From: an uncultured Fibrobacterota bacterium
Lineage (GTDB): Bacteria; Fibrobacterota; Chitinivibrionia; Chitinivibrionales; FEN-1185
DNA length: 64,000 nucleotides
Direction of reading: 5' to 3'
NCBI GenBank assembly: GCA_963753345.1
Contig: CAVWBU010000024.1
Location: forward strand, 32,001 to 96,000
Shown: positions 18,191-26,142 of the stretch, in pieces
Layout: every line of letters begins with the position of its first letter
Numbering within the stretch: position 1 is the stretch's first letter
The notes under the pieces: model-generated
What the model was told of the DNA's origin: nothing
The model's database searches: none
What the model saw: the letters and a program-made list of their open reading frames with translations, nothing else
Program-made: the position numbers and the translations under genes

Positions 18191-21100
18191 GGCCGCACCG
18201 CGCCCGGTGAAAGAACCAGGGCAAAGTTGTAGCCGAGGTCGGTGCTCGCGAGCGCGAGCGCGTACCGAGGCTGCGCAACCTCTCCCCGGTTGTCAAGATC
18301 GGCAATGCCGGTTTTCTGCGGCCACAGCCCCTTGCCGCTCGCCAGGCCCGAAAGCGCGCAGGCGACCGAAACCAGAATGGAGGCAGTCTCTATGTACCCG
18401 GTGTTGAACGTGGTGGCGGCAAGCGGAACGCTTCCGAGGCCGCTGTCTGCAAGCACGTCGAGCACCTTCTTGTCCTGGCCGTTACCTTGCGGCGCCCAAA
18501 TAATAAGCCCGATGTCCCCAAAGCCGATGCCCGCGCGCGACAGCGCGACATCGCAGGCGTGCGCCAGGCCGTCGGGCGCAAGGCTGGGCGCGGAGAATTC
18601 CTTTCCGTCAATGCTCATGGCGTACGACAGCACCTCGGCCAGCACGGGCGCGCTGCGCTCCGCAGCGCACTCCACGGTTTCGAGCACGATTGCGGCCGCG
18701 CCTTCGCCGATCACCTTCCGTCTTGGTTCCGATATGTCAAGGCGGTACTCATCCTCGGCCGCGCCCTGCTTGAGGAACCCAATGAGGTCGTAATTGTAAA
18801 ACATCTGGCCGTAGATTTCGTCGGACGCGGCGGCCAGCATGGCCTTTGCGCGGCGCTGGCGCAGCGCGTTGAACGCGTAGGCCACGCTTGCCAGGCCCGC
18901 GTGCGGCCCTGGCGCCACGGTCATATTGACGCCCTTGAGGCTCAGCGCATTGGAGACCCAGCCTGCCGTGGAGTTGGCCGTGATGTTCGAGAAGCAGTTG
19001 ATGTGCGGCTCAAAGGTGTCCGATTTGAAAACGCTGTTCATGTGGTCCGATTCCGGCGGGCCGTTGCACACGCCCATCACGATGCCCGCGTCGTCGCAGT
19101 TCTTCTGGCCCACGCGCAGGCCCGCGGCCTCGAGCGCAAGCCGCGAAGCTGCTGTAGCATACCTGCTGATGGCGTTCATTTCCGAAAAATCAAGCCTCCG
19201 ATCCACGTCCGCCGCGGAAAACAGAGGCACCAGTCCCGCCCGCTTCGACGCGGCGCCGGGGTGCCCCAGCCGGTCTGCCGGCCCGATGCCCTTCTCGCCC
19301 CGGCGGAGCCGCTCGAGCGTTTTTTCGACCCCAAGCCCCAGCGACGTCACCGTGCCCGCTCCGGTAATCACCACGCGGCTGAGGTCTCGCTTCCGGGGCG
19401 GAAGCGCAAAGTCCCATTGCGTGATGCAGGCGGCTGCGTTGTTGCCGCCGAAAGCGTAATTCGCGGAAAGAAAGGCGCTGTACCGGGCGGGGCGCGCCGC
19501 ATTGGGAACATAGTCGAGCGTGCAGCCGGGCCGGGGCGAAGAGAAATTGAGCGTCGCCGGGATAAACCCGTCGTTCATCGCAAGAAGGTTGCAGGTGGCC
19601 TCAAGGATGCCGGTGGTGCCCATGCAGTGACCGAAAAACGACTTTGTTGACGTAACAGGAATCTGCGCCGTGCCGCAGAACTTGGCGATGCCTTTGGATT
19701 CCGCGCGGTCGTTGGCCTCGGTGCCTGTGCCGTGCGCGTTGATGCAGCCGATATCGGCCAGCGCGATGCCCGCGTCGGCGAGCGCTCCCGCGAGCGTTTT
19801 GGCAACCCCGTCGCCGCGCGGGTCGGGCGATGTGGGGTGGTAGGCGTCCGAGGTGAGTGAATGTCCCGCCACCTTCGCGTAGATGCGCGCGTGCCGGAGC
19901 AGGGCCTGCTCCAGGTCTTCGAGCACCCAGAACACGGATGCTTCCCCTATGTTAAGTCCTACGGGCAGGGAAAACGGCGCGGTTTGCCCGGTGGAAACCG
20001 CCTTGAGGCCGTTGAACCCGCTCACGTTCGCCACGCACAGCGAATCCGATCCGCCTACCACCACCGTGGAAAACAGCCCGAGGTTGACAAGCGAGGCCGC
20101 AAGCCCGATCGCGCCGGTGGTCGAGGAGCACGCCGTGGTCACGATCCAGATTTCGCCGCCGATCCCCAGCGCCCGCGACAGGGCCTTGCCGAACCCGTAA
20201 TACTGCGCCTGCAGATTCATCTTCTCGTCGAACACCCTGCTGCCCTTGGCGTGGAGCCACTTGTACTCCTCTTCGGCCGAACGGAGCCCGCCGTTGCAGG
20301 TGCCGAGCACGAGCGCTATGTCGCGCCTCGCCTGGCCGGGCTTCCACGAAAGGCCCGCGTCGGCGAGCGCGGCACGCGCGGATGCCACTGCATACAAAAG
20401 GTACCGGTCGTCGTATTCGGCGATTTCGTCTTTGTCAAGATACGCGCCCGGATCGAACCCCTTTATCTCGCCGCCCAGGTTGGTGCGGAAATGACGCGCG
20501 TCGAACTGGGTGATCGGCGCGAGGCCGTGTTTCCCTTCCCGCAGCGCCCTGAGAATCGCCCCAATGCCGTTGCCGATGGGGCTCAGCGCGCCGATGCCGG
20601 TTATCACCGCCTGCCCGCGCACGCCCTGGCGCGTTAGCGGCTTGCCCACCACCTTGCGGCCGTCCTTGAACGTGGACGGCTCAAGGCTTGCCGTATGCGA
20701 ATCCTTCTGACGCCTGAAAAAGGCGTTCCAGATGCCGATGAATTCCCGGTACAGCTCGTCCCGTGTCATGTTGAGCGGCTCGAACACCACGTGCGCGCCG
20801 TTGTAATGCGACCAGTTCCTGTCGACGATGCGGTTCTGGCGTTCGAGCCTGTCCCAGTGCACCGAGCCGGGGTACGGCGTAAACAGGAAGAATTCCGACG
20901 TGTGGATGTTTGCCTTGTCGAACAGGTCGACCACCCTGTCGCCGATGCCGGGCCCGTCCCAGTCGCGTCCTACGGCGCACGAGCCGAAGAACCTTATGTC
21001 GTGGTTGCCAAGTTTCTTGACAAGATCGAAAAGCATCTGCCGCTCTTTGGCCTCGCCGGCGAGCGCCCGTATCGACACAGGGTCGACGTTGAGCGTGCAG

Positions 21101-21936
21101 TAGAAATTCTTGACGCCCGCACGCGCCATGAGGCCGAGGAATTCCTCGTCGGTGTTGAGCGCCATGGTGGAGGACACGAAATATTTCTTCCCGAGCGGGA
21201 TAAGCGCGGCAAGCAGGCTGCGGGCGTATTCCGCCATCTTGCGCTGGGTGAAAAAGAGCGTATCGTCGGCAAGGTAGACGTTCTCGTACTTGAGCTGGCG
21301 TATCTCCTCCACCACGTTGTCAATCGGCCTGAACCGGATTTTACTCCCCATGTGCGCGGGAATGGCGCACATGGCGCAGTTGTAGGAGCAACCGCGCGTG
21401 AGCTGGACCAGGTCTTCGTCCCAGTCGTAATAGTCCTTTTTGTAAAAGAGGTCCCGCCTGGGGATCTTCATCTTCGCCATATCGAAGGTGCAACCGCCCT
21501 TGTAGATCCTCTTGAGGTTTCCTGCCTTCAGGTCTTCGAGAATAAGGGGCCATGTGGGTTCGCCCTCGCCGAGGTTGACGCTGTCCGCGTGCCGCAGGCA
21601 TTCCTCATGCATGAACGACGGGAAAAACCCACCCGTGATGACTTTGGTGCCGCGGCTGCGGAACCCGTCCCCTATTTCGAAGGCCCGCGTTGCCTGCGGG
21701 GTAAAGCAGTTGATGGCCACGAGATCGGCGGCCGCGGAAAAATCGACCGGATCGCCGGCATTATCGTCGACAAGCTCTACCTCGAATTCCGGCGGCGTCA
21801 ACGACGCGAGAATGGGGATGCCCAGCGACGGCGGCGTGGTGAAATCACCGAGGAAATAGTCGACAAGCCCCTGGTCGAGCTCAGGGTTGTTCGTGAGAAA
21901 TTTTTCGAATCGAGGATAAATAAAGATGATTTTCAC
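18187..21936 (-). CDS. Cobalamin-binding radical SAM - KS - inactive KS (CLF-like) fusion protein
   Basis: B12-binding-like N-terminus, TRGCSYNCAMC, ADDTLF, TPYPGS; then KS with TACSS/HGTGT/KSFFGH; then a KS fold with VAPGPHAG in place of the catalytic Cys. Confidence 0.9.
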   Translation of the reverse strand: MKIIFIYPRFEKFLTNNPELDQGLVDYFLGDFTTPPSLGIPILASLTPPEFEVELVDDNAGDPVDFSAAADLVAINCFTPQATRAFEIGDGFRSRGTKVITGGFFPSFMHEECLRHADSVNLGEGEPTWPLILEDLKAGNLKRIYKGGCTFDMAKMKIPRRDLFYKKDYYDWDEDLVQLTRGCSYNCAMCAIPAHMGSKIRFRPIDNVVEEIRQLKYENVYLADDTLFFTQRKMAEYARSLLAALIPLGKKYFVSSTMALNTDEEFLGLMARAGVKNFYCTLNVDPVSIRALAGEAKERQMLFDLVKKLGNHDIRFFGSCAVGRDWDGPGIGDRVVDLFDKANIHTSEFFLFTPYPGSVHWDRLERQNRIVDRNWSHYNGAHVVFEPLNMTRDELYREFIGIWNAFFRRQKDSHTASLEPSTFKDGRKVVGKPLTRQGVRGQAVITGIGALSPIGNGIGAILRALREGKHGLAPITQFDARHFRTNLGGEIKGFDPGAYLDKDEIAEYDDRYLLYAVASARAALADAGLSWKPGQARRDIALVLGTCNGGLRSAEEEYKWLHAKGSRVFDEKMNLQAQYYGFGKALSRALGIGGEIWIVTTACSSTTGAIGLAASLVNLGLFSTVVVGGSDSLCVANVSGFNGLKAVSTGQTAPFSLPVGLNIGEASVFWVLEDLEQALLRHARIYAKVAGHSLTSDAYHPTSPDPRGDGVAKTLAGALADAGIALADIGCINAHGTGTEANDRAESKGIAKFCGTAQIPVTSTKSFFGHCMGTTGILEATCNLLAMNDGFIPATLNFSSPRPGCTLDYVPNAARPARYSAFLSANYAFGGNNAAACITQWDFALPPRKRDLSRVVITGAGTVTSLGLGVEKTLERLRRGEKGIGPADRLGHPGAASKRAGLVPLFSAADVDRRLDFSEMNAISRYATAASRLALEAAGLRVGQKNCDDAGIVMGVCNGPPESDHMNSVFKSDTFEPHINCFSNITANSTAGWVSNALSLKGVNMTVAPGPHAGLASVAYAFNALRQRRAKAMLAAASDEIYGQMFYNYDLIGFLKQGAAEDEYRLDISEPRRKVIGEGAAAIVLETVECAAERSAPVLAEVLSYAMSIDGKEFSAPSLAPDGLAHACDVALSRAGIGFGDIGLIIWAPQGNGQDKKVLDVLADSGLGSVPLAATTFNTGYIETASILVSVACALSGLASGKGLWPQKTGIADLDNRGEVAQPRYALALASTDLGYNFALVLSPGAVRP

Positions 21937-22009
21937 GGGATTTGTACCAACATTAAGTAAAAATAACCCATGGAGAATTGATAGAAGACATGAAAAACAT
22001 CCTATTGGC

Positions 22010-22483
22010 GGGGGAGGTTTCCCCCTGCCTGCGGCCGCCTCCGGCGTCCTCCGTCACCCCCTCCTGGGTGCACCCCAAGAGAGGGTCGTTGCAAGAGTCA
22101 AGCTTCGGTTGGGGGGCACCCGTGGAGAGTAGTTGTACCGAGCACTTTTCTTTCTCTGTCTCTTTGTCACTTTGTAAGTTTCTGCCTGTGGCGGCACCCA
22201 AGGAGAGCAGTGGGAAATAGAGCCGTTGCAAAGTTGAGTAATTGTAATGTTGACAACAGGGAGGAAGCCAGGCCAATCTTTTGCGAATGCTAATTGGCGC
22301 AAGAAAAAGTAATTGGCTGAATAGAATTTCCCATGCCGCGCGTTAGGCAGGACTGGAAAAATGGTCCCGCTTGAGGCGGGATGCTGCCTGACCACGGCCC
22401 GCAGGGCCCTCGTGGCAGGCGGCCCGAGGCCGAAGGCCGAGACCGTAAGGACGGCCGACCCGAGCGCAACGAGGGGAACGCCA
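22010..22483. repeat. Composite structured repeat: module B (+, 22010-22130) and module A (-, 22334-22483)
   Basis: gggggaggtttccccc...ctcctgggtgcaccccaag...ggggggcacccgtggag, then tgccgcgcgttagg...gaggggaacgcca. Confidence 0.9.
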
Positions 22484-22518
22484 CGCTTATTTACTAAATG
22501 CGAAACTACGCCTGCAAA

Positions 22519-23676
22519 TCATGGCACTATCCACCGCCCTATCCCCTCGATCTGCGGATCGCTCCCGTTCTTCCATGGCCCCGGATGGCCGGCGACAAAT
22601 TCGTGCACCGAAAGACCGAGCGCGAGCGGGATGCGCATGGCCGCCGGGATGCCGGCGTCTTCCACGCTCTGGACCTTGACGGGATGGAAATAGGTGGAGA
22701 GATATTCGAGCAGGGTGAGGTTGTGCGCGCCCCCGCCCGACACCCACACGGTCTCCGGCGTCAGCACGTGGCGGTACTCGCGCTTGTAAAAATCGAACAC
22801 GGTGCGCGCGGTGAGGGCCGTGAGCGTGGCAGCCCTGTCTTGGGGAGAAAGCGCCGCGACCTTCGGATGGCGATAGAGTTCCGTGAAGTCCTGCACAAAG
22901 GCCTGCTTTGGGCCGGGCCGATTGAACCATTCCTGCGACGCAAGCTCGCTCACACATTCGTTGTTGACGGTACCCCGGGCCGCAAGCGTCCCGTCGCGGT
23001 CAAAGCCGTCGGCGCCGCCCGCGTCGCGGGCCGCAAGGTTGACCAGGCACGTGCCCGGCCCGATATCGGTGTCGAGCACGGTGTGCATTGCCTGATTGTC
23101 AACCACCGTGAGATGCGCCATGAGGCCGATGTTGAGGTACACCGACACCGGCTCAACGTTCTTTGCGACCTTGACGTTGCCCGGAAACAGCGGCAGTGTC
23201 CCTGCGCCCCCGGCCAGGATGTTGTGCCGGGCAAACTCGGTGACCACAGGAACGCCGAACGCCGACGCCAGGAGCTGACCGTCGCCGAGCGTCACGTCCC
23301 AGCAGCGCACCTGCCCGCCGTTGTCCATGGGGCCGCTGTAAAGAGTGCATTTGTTAAGCACCACGCAGTGCGGCGTGCGCACGGACTTGTGCGCGTGCGA
23401 TAGCACCGCGCGGCCGCATTCCAGGAACAGGTGCGACACCTTCCCGTCGAGCCAGGCAAGCCTCCGGATCTCCAGCGCAGCCTGCGGCGAGAACGCCGCG
23501 GCCCCTATGGCTTCCTCCACCGCGTCCGGATACGGCACCACCGCGTGCGAAACCGTCTCCCACGCGTCGCCCTCCACGCAGATGTAAATCCCCTGGATGC
23601 CGCTCTGCGGCCCGCCCGCAGAAAGGATGAGCATGCGGAGCTTCTTGGTCTTTCTGAGCTTGAGGAGATGGTTCAT
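22519..23676 (-). CDS. anmK: Anhydro-N-acetylmuramic acid kinase-like protein with degenerate motifs
   Basis: LNIG, DIGPG, FDRDG, ATLTALTA and SGGGAHN match the AnmK layout; N-terminal phosphate-loop motif altered. Confidence 0.7.
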   Translation of the reverse strand: MNHLLKLRKTKKLRMLILSAGGPQSGIQGIYICVEGDAWETVSHAVVPYPDAVEEAIGAAAFSPQAALEIRRLAWLDGKVSHLFLECGRAVLSHAHKSVRTPHCVVLNKCTLYSGPMDNGGQVRCWDVTLGDGQLLASAFGVPVVTEFARHNILAGGAGTLPLFPGNVKVAKNVEPVSVYLNIGLMAHLTVVDNQAMHTVLDTDIGPGTCLVNLAARDAGGADGFDRDGTLAARGTVNNECVSELASQEWFNRPGPKQAFVQDFTELYRHPKVAALSPQDRAATLTALTARTVFDFYKREYRHVLTPETVWVSGGGAHNLTLLEYLSTYFHPVKVQSVEDAGIPAAMRIPLALGLSVHEFVAGHPGPWKNGSDPQIEGIGRWIVP

Positions 23677-23713
23677 GGTTTGGTTCCAAGAGTTATTAAT
23701 GAAAGCGATAAAC

Positions 23714-23813
23714 AGATGACAAGTCATGAAACTGATAACGTCCGTTCGTGCTGAGCTTGTCGAAGCATGAACGGACGCCCTTCGACTAGGCTCAGGGCGA
23801 ACGGTTGTCATCT
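23714..23813. repeat. REP-like inverted-repeat doublet
   Basis: ccgttcgtgctgagcttgtcgaag / cttcgactaggctcagggcgaacgg inside outer IR agatgacaa/ttgtcatct. Confidence 0.7.
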
Positions 23814-24008
23814 ATTTTCTGACCGGATTAATACAATGTATAAATACTACATAGCCGGGAAGGGAGCAACAGGGGATTGGAGAGGCGGCAGGTAGATAGG
23901 TTTAAGCTATGTTATCAAGCTGTGATATGACTGATTTGGTCGCGAATCAGGGCACTTTATGGTGGAACACGTGGTTTTCCTGCAGAAAACACTTTCTTTA
24001 CTTTGTCC

Positions 24009-24152
24009 TTGCTTTTTGATTTTGGTCACGTATATTATCAACAAGGAGGCGGGGGTGCAAGCCCCACCTAAAAGGAATCGGAACTGTTTTTGTTCCGATT
24101 TTGGAAGAGGTTTCCGGGAGAAAGCAATCCTTTAGATAAAGGACAAAAGATC
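24009..24152 (+). promoter_or_regulatory. Putative sigma-70 promoter and structured 5' leader
   Basis: TTGCTT-N16-TATATT, then three hairpins; the last (tccttta-ga-taaagga) covers the RBS. Confidence 0.4.
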
Positions 24153-25304
24153 ATGAAAAGAATCACCCTTGTTGTCCTGTCTGTGGTTATGCCCTTATCT
24201 TCGTCATTCGCATCTACCTGCGCCGCCAAGATTGACAATGCGCTGTGTCAACAGATGGCGAGCCTGGCACAGTCATCATCATTAATCCCAATCGAAATCC
24301 TGCTGCCCGAACCCCCCTTCAGCTATCCTAATAAAATGGAAGTCAGCGTGGACAGCGCGCGGAACTACAGCCTGATGGTCCAGGACTCTCTGAGCCGCCA
24401 CCTGAAGGCCATCGAACCGCAGATTGATTCGCTGTTTGTGAAATATGTCCTGCTGTCCATTTCAACCGGCCAAAGAATTTCTCCGCCGAATATTTCTTAT
24501 GACTATTTTTTGGACGTTAAGGCATCGGTTGCAACAATCAATCAACTGGCGCAGGAGAATCTGGTTGCAAGAATAGATTTGTTTTCGGCCCCCGGTGTCC
24601 CCACCGGTATGCCGGCTTTGACTATCCTGGCAATGCAATTTCCTTTTGACACGGTGCTTGCCGGTCTTATCACGGACAATGGAACGCTTTTAGCGGATAC
24701 GGTCGTCATCGCGCGGTACGGCATGAAATTCAAGTTCGGCCCCTTGTCAACAAGCCTCGTTTGTTGTCCCCAGGACATAGCATTTGATTTTGGAGTTTCG
24801 ACCCTTAAAGACAACAGGTTCCCCCAGGACGGAACCACGCTTTTGTCCGGGGGAAGCTATGACGGATCGGTGTGCTCTCCTCCATGCACTTCCTATGTAA
24901 ACATAGACAGCAGCTACAAGACACACGAGTATCGATTTCCGCTGGCAGACCCGCTTGGCCATGTTTTGTACATGAAAGTTATGGATGGGTCAAGACCTGA
25001 TTCGATAAGGGTTCGTTTTGACACAGTATCCTTTCTCACCAATACCAGCATTAGTGTTCGGTCTTCAGTAACAAATTCCGGGAAGATTGCGGTTGCTTTC
25101 GACAAGAACTTTGTGACCGTCTACGGACTTGACAACGCAAGAATCGCAATTTATGACGTCTCGGGCAGGAAGCTCTTTTCATCCATTCTCAATTCAAAAG
25201 ATTCACGAATACCCTTGCCGGCATTATCAAAGCCCGGAGTCTTTGTCGTCAAGGTGACGTCAGGCCGTGAAGAACTTGTGATCAAGAAATGTATGGTGCG
25301 CTGA
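24153..25304 (+). CDS. Secreted protein with T9SS-like C-terminal sorting domain
   Basis: Signal peptide MKRITLVVL...FA; C-terminal IAIYDVSGRKL...GVFVVKV. Confidence 0.75.
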   Translation: MKRITLVVLSVVMPLSSSFASTCAAKIDNALCQQMASLAQSSSLIPIEILLPEPPFSYPNKMEVSVDSARNYSLMVQDSLSRHLKAIEPQIDSLFVKYVLLSISTGQRISPPNISYDYFLDVKASVATINQLAQENLVARIDLFSAPGVPTGMPALTILAMQFPFDTVLAGLITDNGTLLADTVVIARYGMKFKFGPLSTSLVCCPQDIAFDFGVSTLKDNRFPQDGTTLLSGGSYDGSVCSPPCTSYVNIDSSYKTHEYRFPLADPLGHVLYMKVMDGSRPDSIRVRFDTVSFLTNTSISVRSSVTNSGKIAVAFDKNFVTVYGLDNARIAIYDVSGRKLFSSILNSKDSRIPLPALSKPGVFVVKVTSGREELVIKKCMVR

Positions 25305-25335
25305 TCTTAGAACTTTGTTTCGGGGAAACGTGAGT

Positions 25336-25362
25336 AGATTGCTTCGCTCCGCTCGCAATGAC
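25336..25362. repeat. Solo REP-like palindrome
   Basis: agattgcttcgctccgctcgcaatgac (reverse strand gtcattgcgagcggagcgaagcaatct). Confidence 0.6.
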
Positions 25363-25412
25363 AATCATCCCATTTATTCCCCTAAAATGACTGCGCATTG
25401 CTGATGCCACCG

Positions 25413-25567
25413 CTCTCCTCGGGTGCCCCCGCAACAGAGTATGGTTTTGCAACCACCCTTTCTTGGGGTGCACCCAGGAGAGGGTAGCGGAGGACCGGCG
25501 CGCGGTTGGTAGCGTGAAAAAAGACGAGAGCGCGCGCCGGGCCGCAGCGAGGGGGAAACTTCCCCCC
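25413..25567 (-). repeat. Dispersed structured repeat, module B (solo)
   Basis: Reverse strand ggggggaagtttccccctcgctgcggcc...cctccgctaccctctcctgggtgcaccccaag...gcgggggcacccgaggagag. Confidence 0.88.
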
Positions 25568-25691
25568 ATGAATACTCTTCATTTTTAATTTTCTTCATCA
25601 CCTGACTCCAAACTTTTCCTCTCAATATCTTCCCCTTACCCCTGTATCCTGTTATATTTTACCCCCTACCGAAAACCGGGAGAAAACAAAC

Positions 25692-26033
25692 ATGCGAGAC
25701 ATCTTTTCGTACACGAATTTCAGGCGCTATCTCAAGGACTACTACCGGGAGCAGAAAAGGGTGAACCCCGAGTTTTCCCACCGGTGGTTTGTGAGGAAGC
25801 TCGGCCTCTCAACGTCCAACTACGTGCTGTCGATCATGGAGGGAAGGCGGAACCTGCCGCAGGACATTTCGCTCAGGTTCTCCGCCCACATGGGGCTCAA
25901 GAAGAAGGAAACGCTCTACTTCGAGTATATGGTGGCCTTCCTGCAATCAAAGACCGCCTTTGAAAGGAAGGAATACTGGTCCCGCATGGCGGGCCTCAAC
26001 CCGAAGCTCAGGAAAAGAAAGAGAAAACGTTAG
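25692..26033 (+). CDS. TIGR02147-like HTH protein (N-terminal domain only)
   Basis: IFSYTNFRRYLKDYY...FSHRWF...LGLS...IMEGRRNL...E..YF..MV.F.Q pattern of the Fibrobacter paralogous family; GGGAGA RBS. Confidence 0.75.
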   Translation: MRDIFSYTNFRRYLKDYYREQKRVNPEFSHRWFVRKLGLSTSNYVLSIMEGRRNLPQDISLRFSAHMGLKKKETLYFEYMVAFLQSKTAFERKEYWSRMAGLNPKLRKRKRKR

Positions 26034-26083
26034 ATCCTGGTTCTGCGACCGCACCGCAGACCTTTGCAAACACGACCGGAAAT

Positions 26084-26122
26084 AAAAACGCCGGAGCGCT
26101 TGAGAGCGCTCCGGCGTTTTTT
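26084..26122. terminator. Bidirectional intrinsic terminator
   Basis: aaaaacgccggagcgct-tgag-agcgctccggcgtttttt between convergent genes. Confidence 0.85.
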
Positions 26123-26142
26123 GTTCTTCTCGCGCAAAGGTT

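Noticed and set aside
21953-22484. Short ORFs overlapping the repeat elements (also at 25282-25625, 29070-29282, 39061-39536, 46461-46966, 50201-50494, 51725-52041)
   Set aside because: They are translations of the repeat; starts, stops and frames are not conserved between copies.
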